Below, in pieces: positions 1 through 18,000 of a stretch of DNA of 64,000 nt. The position numbers and the translations under genes were made by a program. Source of the stretch: Eledone cirrhosa (Eukaryota). The stretch's first letter is position 1; each line of letters begins with the position of its first letter. Below the pieces are notes generated by a model, which saw only the letters and a list, made by a program, of their open reading frames with translations, was not told the origin of the DNA and made no database searches. The DNA lies in assembly GCA_964016885.1 (NCBI GenBank), contig OZ024745.1, positions 5,704,001 through 5,768,000 on the forward strand. The letters run 5' to 3'.

Positions 1-3000
1 AAACAATGACAACATTTGATCGTTATAAACTATAAAAACATTTGGTCGTTATAAACTATGACAACATTTGGTCGTTATAAACTATGGCACCATTCGGTCG
101 TTATAAACTATGACAACATACATTTGGTCGTTATAAACTATGGCAACATACATTTGGTCGTTATAAACTATGACAACATTTGGTCGTTATAAAATATGAC
201 AACATACATTTGGTCGTTATAATCTATGACAACATACATTTGGTCGTTATAAACTATGACAACATACATTTGGTCGTTATAAACTATGGCAACATACATT
301 TGGTCGTTATAAACTATGACAACATTTGGCCGTTATAAACTATGACAACATACATTTGGTCGTTATAAACTATGACAACATACATTTGGTCGTTATAATC
401 TATGACAACATACATTTGGACGTTATAAACTATGACAACATTTGGTCGTTATAAACTATGACAACATACATTTGGTCGTTATAAACTATGGCAACATTTG
501 GTTGTTATAAACTATGACAACATACATTTGGCCGTTATAAACAATGACAACATTTGGTCGTTATAAACAATCACAACATTTGATCGGTATAAACTATGAG
601 AACATTTGGTCGTTATAAACTATGACAACATTTGATCGTTATAAACTATGAGAACATTTGGTCGTTATAAACAATGACAACATTTTCGTTATAAACTATG
701 AGAACATTTGGTCGTTATAAACTATGACAACATTTGATCGTTATAAACTATGAGAACATTTGGTCGTTATAAACAATGACAACATTTGATCGTTATAAAC
801 TATGACAACATACATTTGGTCGTTATAAACTATGACAACATTTGATCGTTATAAACTATGAGAACATTTGGTCGTTATAAACTATGACAACATTTGGTCG
901 TTATAAACTATCACAGCATACATTTCGTCGTTATAAACTATGACAACATTTGGTCGTTATGAACTATGACAACGTACATTTGGTGGTTATAAACTAGGGC
1001 AACATTTGGTCGTTATAAACTATGACAACATTTGATCGTTATAAACTATGACAACATTTGGTCGTTATAAACTATGACCACATACATTTGGTCGTTATAA
1101 ACTATGACAACATTTGGTCGTTATAAACTATGACAACATTTGGTCGTTATAAACTATGACAACTTTTGGTCGTTATTAACTATGACAACATACATTTGGT
1201 CGTTTTAAATTATGACAACATTTGGTCGTTATAAACTATGAGAACAAACATTTGGTCGTTATAAACTATGACAACTTTTGGTCGTTATGAACTATGACAA
1301 CATACATTTGGTCGTTATAAATTATGACAACATTTGGTCGTTATAAACTATGAGAACAAACATTTGGTCGTTATAAACTATGACAACATACATTAGGTCG
1401 TTATAAACTATCACAACATTTTGTCGTTATAAACTATGACAACATTTGGTCGTTATAAACTATGACAACATACATTTGGTCGTTATAAACTATGGCAACA
1501 TTTGGTTGTTATAAACTATGACAACATACATTTGGCCGTTATAAACAATGACAACATTTGGTCGTTATAAACAATCACAACATTTGATCGGTATAAACTA
1601 TGAGAACATTTGGTCGTTATAAACAATGACAACATTTTCGTTATAAACTATGAGAACATTTGGTCGTTATAAACTATGACAACATTTGATCGTTATAAAC
1701 TATGAGAACATTTGGTCGTTATAAACAATGACAACATTTGATCGTTATAAACTATGACAACATACATTTGGTCGTTATAAACTATGACAACATTTGATCG
1801 TTATAAACTATGAGAACATTTGGTCGTTATAAACTATGACAACATTTGGTCGTTATAAACTATCACAACATACATTTCGTCGTTATAAACTATGACAACA
1901 TTTGGTCGTTATAAACTATCACAATATACATTAGGTCGTTATAAACTATGACAACATTTGGTTGTTATGAACTATGACAACGTACATTTGGTGGTTATAA
2001 ACTAGGGCAACATTTGGTCGTTATAAACTATGACAACATTTGATCGTTATAAACTATGACAACATTTGGTCGTTATAAACTATGACCACATACATTTGGT
2101 CGTTATAAACTATAACAACATTTGGTCGTTATAAACTATGACAACATTTTGTCGTTATAAACTATGACAACATTTGGTCGTTATAAACTATGACAACATA
2201 CATTTGGACGTTATAAACTATGACAACATTTGGTCGTTATGAACTATGACAACATACATTTGGTCGTTATAAACTATGACAACATACATTTGGACGTTAT
2301 AAACTATGACAACATACATTAGTTCGTTATAAACTATGACAACATTTGGTCGTTATAAACTATGACAACATACATTTGTTCGTTATAAACTATGACATCA
2401 TTTGGTTGTTATAAACTATGACAACATTTGGTCGTTATAAACTATGACAACATTTGGTCGTTATAAACTATGACAACATACATTTGGTCGTTATAAACTA
2501 TGACAACATTTGGCCGTTATAAACTATGACAACATTTGGTCGTTATAAACTATGACAACTTTTGGTCGTTATAAACTATGACAACATACATTTGGACGTT
2601 ATAAACTATGACAACATTTGGTCGTTATAAACTATGACAACATTTGGTATTTATAAACTATGACAATATACATTTGGTCGTTATAAACTATGACAACATA
2701 CATTTGGTCGTTATAAACTATGACAACATTTGGTCGTCATAAACTATGACAACATTTGGTCGTTATAAACTATGACAACATTTGGTCGTTATAAACTATG
2801 ACAACATACATTTGGTCGTTATAAACAATGACAACATTTGGTCGTTATAAACAATGACAACATTTGATCGGTATAAACTATGAGAACATTTGGTCGTTAT
2901 AAACTATGACAATAATTGATCGTTATAAACTATGAGAACATTTGGTTGTTATAAACAATGACAACATTTATCGTTATAAACTATGAGAACATTTGGTCGT

Positions 3001-6000
3001 TATAAACTATGACAACATTTGATCGTTATAAACTATGAGAACATTTGGTCGTTATAAACAATCACAACATTTGATCGTTATAAACTATGACCACATACAT
3101 TTGGTCGTTATAAACTATAAAAACATTTGGTCGTTATAAACTATGACAACATTTGGTCGTTATAAACTATGGCACCATTCGGTCGTTATAAACTATGACA
3201 ACATACATTTGGTCGTTATAAACTATGGCAACATACATTTGGTCGTTATAAACTATGACAACATTTGGTCGTTATAAAATATGACAACATACATTTGGTC
3301 GTTATAATCTATGACAACATACATTTGGTCGTTATAAACTATGACAACATACATTTGGTCGTTATAAACTATGGCAACATACATTTGGTCGTTATAAACT
3401 ATGACAACATTTGGCCGTAATAAACTATGACAACATACATTTGGTCGTTATAAACTATGACAACATACATTTGGTCGTTATAAACTATGACAACATACAT
3501 TTGGACGTTATAAACTATGACAACATTTGGTCGTTATAAACTATGACAACATACATTTGGTCGTTATAAACTATGGCAACATTTGGTTGTTATAAACTAT
3601 GACAACATACATTTGGCCGTTATAAACAATGACAACATTTGGTCGTTATAAACAATCACAACATTTGATCGGTATAAACTATGAGAACATTTGGTCGTTA
3701 TAAACTATGACAACATTTGATCGTTATAAACTATGAGAACATTTGGTCGTTATAAATAATGACAACATTTTCGTTATAAACTATGAGAACATTTGGTCGT
3801 TATAAACTATGACAACATTTGATCGTTATAAACTATGAGAACATTTGGTCGTTATAAACAATGACAACATTTGATCGTTATAAACTATGACAACATACAT
3901 TTGGTCGTTATAAACTATGACAACATTTGATCGTTATAAACTATGAGAACATTTGGTCGTTATAAACTATGACAACATTTGGTCGTTATAAACTATCACA
4001 GCATACATTTCGTCGTTATAAACTATGACAACATTTGGTCGTTATGAACTATGACAACGTACATTTGGTGGTTATAAACTATGACAACATTTGATCGTTA
4101 TAAACTATGACAACATTTGGTCGTTATAAACTATGACCACATACATTTGGTCGTTATAAACTATGACAACATTTGGTCGTTATAAACTATGACAACATTT
4201 GGTCGTTATAAACTATGACAACATACATTTGGTCGTTATAAACTATGACAACATTTGGTCGTTATGAACTATGACAATATACATTAGGTCGTTATAAACT
4301 ATGACAACATTTGGCCGTTATAAACTATGACAAAGTACATTTGGTGGTTATAAACTATGGCAACATTTGACCGTTATAAACTATGACAACATTTGGTCGT
4401 TATAAACTATGACCACATACATTTGGTCGTTATAAACTATAAAAACATTTGGTCGTTATAAACTATGACAACATTTGGTCGTTATAAACTATGGCAACAT
4501 TCGGTCGTTATAAACTATGACAACATACATTTGGTCGTTATAAACTATGACAACATACATTTGGTCGTTATAAACTACATACAACATACATTTGGTCGTT
4601 ATAAACTATGACAACATACATTTGGTCGTTATAAACTATGACAACATTTGGTCGTTATAAACTATGACAACATACATTTGGTCGTTATAAACTATGACAA
4701 CATACATTTGGTCGTTATAAACTATGACAACATACATTTGGTCGTTATAAACTATGACAACATTTGGTCGTTATAAACTATGACAACATACATTTGGTCG
4801 TTATAAACTATGACAACATACATTTGGTCGTTATAAACTATGACAACATACATTTGGTCGTTATAAACTATGGCAACATACATTTGGTCGTTATAAACTA
4901 TGACAACATTTGGCCGTTATAAACTATGACAACATACATTTGGTCGTTATAAACTATGACAACATACATTTGGTCGTTATAAACTATGACAACATACATT
5001 TGGACGTTATAAACTATGACAACATTTGGTCGTTATAAACTATGACAACATACATTTGGTCGTTATAAACTATGACAACATACATTTGGTCGTTATAAAC
5101 TATGGCAACATACATTTGGTCGTTATAAACTATGACAACATTTGGCCGTTATAAACTATGACAACATACATTTGGTCGTTATAAACTATGACAACATACA
5201 TTTGGACGTTATAAACTATGACAACATACATTAGTTCGTTATAAACTATGACAACATTTGGTCGTTATAAACTATGACAACATACATTTGTTCGTTATAA
5301 ACTATGACAACATTTGGTCGTTATAAACTATGACAACATTTGGTCGTTATAAACTATGACAACATTTGGTCGTTATAAACTATGACAACATACATTTGGT
5401 CGTTATAAACTATGACAACATTTGGCCGTTATAAACTATGACAACATTTGGTCGTTATAAACTATTACAACTTTTGGTCGTTATAAACTATGACAACATA
5501 CATTTGGTCGTTATAAACTATGACAACATACATTTGGTCGTTATAAACTATGACAACATTTGGTCGTTATAAACTATGACAACATTTGGTCGTTATAACC
5601 TATGACAACATTTGATCGTTATTAACTATGACAACATACATTTGGTCGTTATAAACTATGACAACATTTGGTCAGTATAAACTATGACAACATACGTTTC
5701 GTCGTTATAAACTATGGCAACATTTGGTCGTTATAAACTATGACAACTTTTGGTCGTTATGAACTATGACAACATACATTTGGTCGTTATAAATTATGAC
5801 AACATTTGGTCGTTATAAACTATGAGAACAAACATTTGGTTGGTCGTTATAAACTATGACAACATACATTAGGTCGTTATAAACTATCACAACATTTGGT
5901 CGTTATAAACTATGACAACATTTGGTCGTTATAAACTATGACAACATACATTTGGTCGTTATAAACTATGGCAACATTTGGTTGTTATAAACTATGACAA

Positions 6001-9000
6001 CATACATTTGGCCGTTATAAACAATGACAACATTTGGTCATTATAAACAATCACAACATTTGATCGGTGTAAACTATGAGAACATTTGGTCGTTATAAAC
6101 AATGACAACATTTTCGTTATAAACTATGAGAACATTTGGTCGTTATAAACTATGACAACATTTGATCGTTATAAACTATGAGAACATTTGGTCGTTATAA
6201 ACAATGACAACATTTGATCGTTATAAACTATGACAACATACATTTGGTCGTTATAAACTATGACAACATTTGATCGTTATAAACTATGAGAACATTTGGT
6301 CGTTATAAACTATGACAACATTTGGTCGTTATAAACTATCACAACATACATTTCGTCGTTATAAACTATGACAACATTTGGTCGTTATAAACTATCACAA
6401 TATACATTAGGTCGTTATAAACTATGACAACATTTGGCCGTTATAAACTATGACAAAGTACATTTGGTGGTTATAAACTATGGCAACATTTGACCGTTAT
6501 AAACTATGACAACATTTGGTCGTTATAAACTATGACCACATACATTTGGTCGTTATAAACTATAAAAACATTTGGTCGTTATAAACTATGACAACATTTG
6601 GTCGTTATAAACTATGGCAACATTCGGTCGTTATAAACTATGACAACATACATTTGGTCGTTATAAACTATGACAACATACATTTGGTCGTTATAAACTA
6701 CATACAACATACATTTGGTCGTTATAAACTATGACAACATACATTTGGTCGTTATAAACTATGACAACATTTGGTCGTTATAAACTATGACAACATACAT
6801 TTGGTCGTTATAAACTATGACAACATACATTTGGTCGTTATAAACTATGACAACATACATTTGATCGTTATAAACTATGACAACATTTGGTCGTTATAAA
6901 CTATGACAACATACATTTGGTCGTTATAAACTATGACAACATACATTTGGTCGTTATAAACTATGACAACATACATTTGGTCGTTATAAACTATGTCAAC
7001 ATACATTTGGTCGTTATAAACTATGACAACATTTGTCCGTTATAAACTATGACAACATACATTTGGTCGTTATAAACTATGACAACATACATTTGGTCGT
7101 TATAAACTATGACAACATACATTTGGACGTTATAAACTATGACAACATTTGGTCGTTATAAACTATGACAACATACATTTGGTCGTTATAAACTATGACA
7201 ACATACATTTGGTCGTTATAAACTATGGCAACATACATTTGGTCGTTATAAACTATGACAACATTTGGCCGTTATAAACTATGACAACATACATTTGGTC
7301 GTTATAAACTATGACAACATACATTTGGACGTTATAAACTATGACAACATACATTAGTTCGTTATAAACTATGACAACATTTGGTCGTTATAAACTATGA
7401 CAACATACATTTGTTCGTTATAAACTATGACAACATTTGGTCGTTATAAACTATGACAACATTTGGTCGTTATAAACTATGACAACATTTGGTCGTTATA
7501 AACTATGACAACATACATTTGGTCGTTATAAACTATGACAACATTTGGCCGTTATAAACTATGACAACATTTGGTCGTTATAAACTATTACAACTTTTGG
7601 TCGTTATAAACTATGACAACATACATTTGGTCGTTATAAACTATGACAACATACATTTGGTCGTTATAAACTATGACAACATTTGGTCGTTATAAACTAT
7701 GACAACATTTGGTCGTTATAACCTATGACAACATTTGATCGTTATAAACTATGACAACATACATTTGGTCGTAATAAACTATGACAACATTTGGTCAGTA
7801 TAAACTATGACAACATACGTTTCGTCGTTATAAACTATGGCAACATTTGGTCGTTATAAACTATGACAACTTTTGGTCGTTATGAACTATGACAACATAC
7901 ATTTGGTCGTTATAAATTATGACAACATTTGGTCGTTATAAACTATGAGAACAAACATTTGGTCGTTATAAACTATGACAACATACATTAGGTCGTTATA
8001 AACTATCACAACATTTGGTCGTTATAAACTATGACAACATTTGGTCGTTATAAACTATGACAACATACATTTGGTCGTTATAAACTATGGCAACATTTGG
8101 TTGTTATAAACTATGACAACATACATTTGGCCGTTATAAACAATGACAACATTTGGTCGTTATAAACAATCACAACATTTGATCGGTATAAACTATGAGA
8201 ACATTTGGTCGTTATAAACAATGGCAACATTTTCGTTATAAACTATGAGAACATTTGGTCGTTATAAACTATGACAACATTTGATCGTTATAAACTATGA
8301 GAACATTTGGTCGTTATAAACAATGACAACATTTGATCGTTATAAACTATGACAACATACATTTGGTCGTTATAAACTATGACAACATTTGATCGTTATA
8401 AACTATGAGAACATTTGGTCGTTATAAACTATGACAACATTTGGTCGTTATAAACTATCACAACATACATTTCGTCGTTATAAACTATGACAACATTTGG
8501 TTGTTATGAACTATGACAACGTACATTTGGTGGTTATAAACTAGGGCAACATTTGGTCGTTATAAACTATGACAACATTTGATCGTTATAAACTATGACA
8601 ACATTTGGTCGTTATAAACTATGACCACATACATTTGGTCGTTATAAACTATAACAACATTTGGTCGTTATAAACTATGACAACATTTGGTCGTTATAAA
8701 CTATGACAACATTTGGTCGTTATAAACTATGACAACATACATTTGGACGTTATAAACTATGACAACATTTGGTCGTTATAAACTATGACAACATACATTT
8801 GGTCGTTATAAACTATGACAACATACATTTGGACGTTATAAACTATGACAACATACATTAGTTCGTTATAAACTATGACAACATTTGGTCGTTATAAACT
8901 ATGACAACATACATTTGTTCGTTATAAACTATGACAACATTTGGTTGTTATAAACTATGACAACATTTGGTCGTTATAAACTATGACAACATTTGGTCGT

Positions 9001-12000
9001 TATAAACTATGACAACATACATTTGGTCGTTATAAACTATGACAACATTTGGCCGTTATAAACTATGACAACATTTGGTCGTTATAAACTATGACAACTT
9101 TTGGTCGTTATAAACTATGACAACATACATTTGGACGTTATAAACTATGACAACATTTGGTCGTTATAAACTATGACAACATTTGGTCGTCATAAACTAT
9201 GACAACATTTGGTCGTTATAAACTATGACAATAATTGATCGTTATAAACTATGAGAACATTTGGTTGTTATAAACAATGACAACATTTATCGTTATAAAC
9301 TATGAGAACATTTGGTCGTTATAAACTATGACAACATTTGATCGTTATAAACTATGAGAACATTTGGTCGTTATAAACAATGACAACATTTGATCGTTAT
9401 AAACTATGACCACATACATTTGGTCGTTATAAACTATAAAAACATTTGGTCGTTATAAACTATGACAACATTTGGTCGTTATAAACTATGGCAACATTCG
9501 GTCGTTATAAACTATGACAACATACATTTGGTCGTTATAAACTATGGCAACATACATTTGGTCGTTATAAACTATGACAACATTTGGTCGTTATAAAATA
9601 TGACAACATACATTTGGTCGTTATAATCTATGACAACATACATTTGGTCGTTATAAACTATGACAACATACATTTGGTCGTTATAAACTATGGCAACATA
9701 CATTTGGTCGTTATAAACTATGACAACATTTGGCCGTTATAAACTATGACAACATACATTTGGTCGTTATAAACTATGACAACATACATTTGGTCGTTAT
9801 AAACTATGACAACATACATTTGGACGTTATAAACTATGACAACATTTGGTCGTTATAAACTATGACAACATACATTTGGTCGTTATAAACTATGACAACA
9901 TACATTTGGACGTTATAAACTATGACAACATACATTAGTTCGTTATAAACTATGACAACATTTGGTCGTTATAAACTATGACAACATACATTTGTTCGTT
10001 ATAAACTATGATAACATTTGGTCGTTATAAACTATGACAACATTTGGTCGTTATAAACTATGACAACATTTGGTCGTTATAAACTATGACAACATACATT
10101 TGGTCGTTATAAACTATGACAACTTTTGGCCGTTATAAACTATGACAACATTTGGTCGTTATAAACTATGACAACATACATTTGGTCGTTATAAACTATG
10201 ACAACATTTGGTCGTTATAAACTATGAGAACAAACATTTGGTCGTTATAAACTATGACAACATACATTAGGTCGTTATAAACTATCACAACATTTGGTCG
10301 TTATAAACTATGACAACATTTGGTCGTTATAAACTATGACAACATACATTTGGTCGTTATAAACTATGGCAACATTTGGTTGTTATAAACTATGACAACA
10401 TACATTTGGCCGTTATAAACAATGACAACATTTGGTCGTTATAAACAATCACAACATTTGATCGGTATAAACTATGAGAACATTTGGTCGTTATAAACTA
10501 TGACAACATTTGATCGTTATAAACTATGAGAACATTTGGTCGTTATAAACAATGACAACATTTTCGTTATAAACTATGAGAACATTTGGTCGTTATAAAC
10601 TATGACGACATTTGATCGTTATAAACTATGAGAACATTTGGTCGTTATAAACAATGACAACATTTGATCGTTATAAACTATGACAACATACATTTGGTCG
10701 TTATAAACTATGACAACATTTGATCGTTATAAACTATGAGAACATTTGGTCGTTATAAACTATGACAACATTTGGTCGTTATAAACTATCACAACATACA
10801 TTTCGTCGTTATAAACTATGACAACATTTGCTCGTTATAAACTATCACAATATACATTAGGTCGTTATAAACTATGACAACATTTGGTCGTTATGAACTA
10901 TGACAACGTACATTTGGTGGTTATAAACTAGGGCAACATTTGGTCGTTATAAACTATGACAACATTTGATCGTTATAAACTATGACAACATTTGGTCGTT
11001 ATAAACTATGACCACATACATTTGGTCGTTATAAACTATAACAACATTTGGTCGTTATAAACTATGACAACATTTGGTCGTTATAAACTATGACAACATT
11101 TGGTCGTTATAAACTATGACAACATACATTTGGTCGTTATAAACTATGTCAACATTTGGTCGTTATAAACTATGACAATATACATTAGGTCGTTATAAAC
11201 TATGACAACATTTGGCCGTTATAAACTATGACAAAGTACATTTGGTGGTTATAAACTATGGCAACATTTGACCGTTATAAACTATGACAACATTTGGTCG
11301 TTATAAACTATGACAACATTTGGTCGTTATAAACTATGAAAACATTTGGTCGTTATAAATTAAGGCAACATTCGGTCGTTATAAACTATGACAACATACA
11401 TTTGGTCGTTATAAACTATGGCAACATACATTTGGTCGTTATAAACTATGACAACATTTGGTCGTTATAAACTATGACAACATACATTTGGTCGTTATAA
11501 ACTATGACAACATACATTTGGTCGTTATAAACTATGACAACATACATTTGGTCGTTATAAACTATGGCAACATACATTTGGTCGTTATAAACTATGACAA
11601 CATTTGGCCGTTATAAACTATGACAACATACATTTGGTCGTTATAAACTATGACAACATACATTTGGTCGTTATAAACTATGACAACATACATTTGGACG
11701 TTATAAACTATGACAACATTTGGTCGTTATAAACTATGACAACATACATTTGGTCGTTATAAACTATGACAACATACATTTGGACGTTATAAACTATGAC
11801 AACATACATTAGTTCGTTATAAACTATGACAACATTTGGTCGTTATAAACTATGACAACATACATTTGTTCGTTATAAACTATGACAACATTTGGTCGTT
11901 ATAAACTATGACAACATTTGGTCGTTATAAACTATGACAACATTTGGTCGTTATAAACTATGACAACATACTTTTGGTCGTTATAAACTATGACAACATT

Positions 12001-15000
12001 TGGCCGTTATAAACTATGACAACATTTGGTCGTTATAAACTATGACAACTTTTGGTCGTTATAAACTATGACAACATATATTTGGTCGTTATAAACTATG
12101 ACAACATACATTTGGTCGTTATAAACTATGACAACATTTGGTCGTTATAAACTATGACAACATTTGGTCGTTATAAACTATGACAACATTTGTTCGTTAT
12201 AAACTATGACAACATACATTTGGTCGTTATAAACTATGACAACATTTGGTCGGTATAAACTATGACAACATACATTTGGACGTTATAAACTATGCCAACT
12301 TTTGGTCGTTATAAACTATGACAACATACATTTCGTCGTTATAAACTATGGCAACATTTGGTCTTATAAACTATGACAACTTTTGGTCGTTATAAACTAT
12401 GACAACATACATTTGGTCGTTATAAATTATGACAACATTTGGTCGTTATAAACTATGAGAACTAACATTTGGTCGTTATAAACTATGACAACATACATTA
12501 GGTCGTTATAAACTATCACAACATTTGGTCGTTATAAACTATGACAACATTTGGTCGTTATAACCTATGACAACATACATTTGGTCGTTATAAACTATGG
12601 CAACATTTGGTTGTTATAAACTATGACAACATACATTTGGCCGTTATAAACAATGACAACATTTGGTCGTTACAAACAATCACAACATTTGATCGGTATA
12701 AACTATGAGAACATTTGGTCGTTATAAACAATGACAACATTTTCGTTATAAACTATGAGAACATTTGGTCGTTATAAACTATGACAACATTTGGTCGTTA
12801 TAAACTATCACAACATACATTTCGTCGTTATAAACTATGACAACATTTGGTCGTTATAAACTATCACAATATACATTAGGTCGTTATAAACTATGACAAC
12901 ATTTGGTCGTTATGAACTATGACAACGTACATTTGGTGGTTATAAACTAGGGCAACATTTGGTCGTTATAAACTATGACAACATTTGATCGTTATAAACT
13001 ATGACAACATTTGGTCGTTATAAACTATGACCACATACGTTTGGTCGTTATAAACTATAACAACATTTGGTCGTTATAAACTATGACAACATTTGGTCGT
13101 TTTAAACTATGAGAACATTTGGTCGTTATAAACTATGACAACATACATTTGGACGTTATAAACTATGACAACATTTGGTCGTTATAAACTATGACAACAT
13201 ACATTTGGTCGTTATAAACTATGACAACATACATTTGGACGTTATAAACTATGACAACATACATTAGTTCGTTATAAACTATGACAACATCTGGTCGTTA
13301 TAAACTATGACAACATATATTTGTTCGTTATAAACTATGACAACATTTGGTTATTATAAACTATGACAACATTTGGTCGTTATAAACTATGACAACATTT
13401 GGTCGTTATAAACTATGACAACATACATTTGGTCGTTATAAACTATGACAACATTTGGCCGTTATAAACTATGACAACATTTGGTGGTTATAAACTATGA
13501 CAACTTTTGGTCGTTATAAACTATGACAACATATATTTGGACGTTATAAACTATGACAACATTTGGTCGTTATAAACTATGACAACATTTGGTATTTATA
13601 AACTATGACAATATACATTTGGTCGTTATAAACTATGACAACATACATTTGGTCGTTATAAACTATGACAACATTTGGTCGTTATAAACTATGACAACAT
13701 TTGGTCGTTATAAACTATGACAACATTTGGTCGTTATAAACTATGACAACATACATTTGGTCGTTATAAACAATGACAACATTTGGTCGTTATAAACAAT
13801 GACAACATTTGATCGGTATAAACTATGAGAACATTTGGTCGTTATAAACTATGACAACATTTGATCGTTATAAACTATGAGAACATTTGGTTGTTATAAA
13901 CAATGACAACATTTATCGTTATAAACTATGAGAACATTTGGTCGTTATAAACTATGACAACATTTGATCGTTATAAACTATGAGAACATTTCGTCGTTAT
14001 AAACAATGACAACATTTGATCGTTATAAACTATGACAACATACATTTGGTCGTTATAAAATATGACAACATTTGATCGTTATAAACTATGAGAACATTTG
14101 GTCGTTATAAACTATGACAACATTTGGTCGTTATGAACTATGACAACGTACATTTGGTGGTTATAAACTATGGCAACATTTGGTCGTTATAAACTATGAC
14201 AACATTTGGTCGTTATAAACTATGACAACATTTGGTCGTTATAAACTATGACCACATATATTTGGTCGTTATAAACTATAACAACATTTGGTCGTTATAA
14301 ACTATGACAACATTTGGTCGTTATAAACTATGGCAACATTCGCTCGTTATAAACTATGGCAACATACATTTGGTCGTTATAAACTATGACAACATTTGGT
14401 CGTTATAAACTATGACAACATACATTTGGTCGTTATAAACTATGAGAACATTTGGTCGTTATAAACTATGACAACATACATTTGGTCGTTATAAACTATG
14501 ACAACATACATTTGGTCGTTATAAACTATGACAACATACATTTGGACGTTATAAACTATGACAACTTTTGGTCGTTATAAACTATGACAACGTACATTTG
14601 GTCGTTATAAACTATGAGAACATTTGGTCGTTATAAACTATGACAACATACATTTGGTCGTTATAAACTATGACAACATTTGGTCGTTATAAACTATGAC
14701 AACATTTGGTCGTTATAAACTATGACAACATACATTTGGTCGTTATAAACTATGACAACATACATTTGGTCGTTATAAACTATGACAACATACATTAGTT
14801 CGTTATAAACTATGACAACATTTGGTCTTTATAAAGTATGACAACATACATTTGTTCGTTATAAACTATGACAACATTTGGTCGTTATAAACTATGACAA
14901 CATTTGGTCGTTATAAACTATGACAACATACATTTGGTCGTTATAAACTATGACAACATTTGGCCGTTATAAACTATGACAACATTTGGTCGTTATAAAC

Positions 15001-18000
15001 TATGACAACATTTGGTCGTTATAAACTATGACAACATACATTTGGTCGTTATAAACTATGACAACATACATTTGGACGTTATAAACTATGACAACATTTG
15101 GTCGTTATAAACTATGACAACATTTGGTATTTATAAACTATGACAACATACATTTGGTCGTTATAAACTATGACAACATACATTTGGTCTTTATAAACTA
15201 TGACAACATTTGGTCGTTATAAACAATGACAACATTTGGTCGTTATAAACTATGACAACATACATTTGGTCGTTATAAACTATGGCAACATTTGGTTGTT
15301 ATAAACTATGACAACATACATTTGGCCGTTATAAACAATCACAACATTTGGTCGTTATAAACAATCACAACATTTGATCGGTATAAACTATGAGAACATT
15401 TGGTCGTTATAAACTATGACAACATTTGATCGTTATAAACTATGAGAACATTTGGTCGTTATAAACAATGACAACATTTTCGTTATAAACTATGAGAACA
15501 TTTGGTCGTTATAAACTATGACGACATTTGATCGTTATAAACTATGAGAGCATTTGGTCGTTATAAACAATGACAACATTTGATCGTTATAAACTATGAC
15601 AACATACATTTGGTCGTTATAAACTATGACAACATTTGATCGTTATAAACTATGAGAACATTTGGTCGTTATAAACTATGACAACATTTGGTCGTTATAA
15701 ACTATCACAACATACATTTCGTCGTTATAAACTATGACAACATTTGGTCGTTATAAACTATCACAATATACATTAGGTCGTTATAAACTATGACAACATT
15801 TGGTCGTTATGAACTATGACAACGTACATTTGGTGGTTATAAACTAGGGCAACATTTGGTCGTTATAAACTATGACAACATTTGATCGTTATAAACTATG
15901 ACAACATTTGGTCGTTATAAACTATGACCACATACATTTGGTCGTTATAAACTATAACAACATTTGGTCGTTATAAACTATGACAACATTTGGTCGTTAT
16001 AAACTATGACAACATTTGGTCGTTATAAACTATGACAACATACATTTGGTCGTTATAAACTATGACAACATTTGGTCGTTATAAACTATGACAATATACA
16101 TTAGGTCGTTATAAACTATGACAATATTTGGCCGTTATAAACTATGACAAAGTACATTTGGTGGTTATAAACTATGGCAACATTTGACCGTTATAAACTA
16201 TGACAACATTTGGTCGTTATAAACTATGACAACATTTGGTCGTTATAAACTATGAAAACATTTGGTCGTTATAAATTATGGCAACATTCGGTCGTTATAA
16301 ACTATCACAACATACATTTCGTCGTTATAAACTATGACAACATTTGGTCGTTATAAACTATCACAATATACATTAGGTCGTTATAAACTATGACAACATT
16401 TGGTCGTTATGAACTATGACAACGTACATTTGGTGGTTATAAACTAGGGCAACATTTGGTCGTTATAAACTATGACAACATTTGATCGTTATAAACTATG
16501 ACAACATTTGGTCGTTATAAACTATGACCACATACGTTTGGTCGTTATAAACTATAACAACATTTGGTCTTTATAAACTATGACAACATTTGGTCGTTTT
16601 AAACTATGACAACATTTGGTCGTTATAAACTATGACAACATACATTTGGACGTTATAAACTATGACAACATTTGGTCGTTATAAACTATGACAACATACA
16701 TTTGGTCGTTATAAACTATGACAACATACATTTGGACGTTATATACTATGACAACATACATTAGTTCGTTATAAACTATGACAACATTTGGTCGTTATAA
16801 ACTATGACAACATATATTTGTTCGTTATAAACTATGACAACATTTGGTTATTATAAACTATGACAACATTTGGTCGTTATAAACTATGACAACATTTGGT
16901 CGTTATAAACTATGACAACATACATTTGGTCGTTATAAACTATGACAACATTTGGCCGTTATAAACTATGACAACATTTGGTGGTTATAAACTATGACAA
17001 CTTTTGGTCGTTATAAACTATGACAACATATATTTGGACGTTATAAACTATGACAACATTTGGTCGTTATAAACTATGACAACATTTGGTATTTATAAAC
17101 TATGACAATATACATTTGGTCGTTATAAACTATGACAACATACATTTGGTCGTTATAAACTATGACAACATTTGGTCGTTATAAACTATGACAACATTTG
17201 GTCGTTATAAACTATGACAACATTTGGTCGTTATAAACTATGACAACATACATTTGGTCGTTATAAACAATGACAACATTTGGTCGTTATAAACAATGAC
17301 AACATTTGATCGGTATAAACTATGAGAACATTTGGTCGTTATAAACTATGACAACATTTGATCGTTATAAACTATGAGAACATTTGGTTGTTATAAACAA
17401 TGACAACATTTATCGTTATAAACTATGAGAACATTTGGTCGTTATAAACTATGACAACATTTGATCGTTATAAACTATGAGAACATTTCGTCGTTATAAA
17501 CAATGACAACATTTGATCGTTATAAACTATGACAACATACATTTGGTCGTTATAAAATATGACAACATTTGATCGTTATAAACTATGAGAACATTTGGTC
17601 GTTATAAACTATGACAACATTTGGTCGTTATGAACTATGACAACGTACATTTGGTGGTTATAAACTATGGCAACATTTGGTCGTTATAAACTATGACAAC
17701 ATTTGGTCGTTATAAACTATGACAACATTTGGTCGTTATAAACTATGACCACATATATTTGGTCGTTATAAACTATAACAACATTTGGTCGTTATAAACT
17801 ATGACAACATTTGGTCGTTATAAACTATGGCAACATTCGCTCGTTATAAACTATGGCAACATACATTTGGTCGTTATAAACTATTACAACATTTGGTCGT
17901 TATAAACTATGACAACATACATTTGGTCGTTATAAACTATGAGAACATTTGGTCGTTATAAACTATGACAACATACATTTGGTCGTTATAAACTATGACA

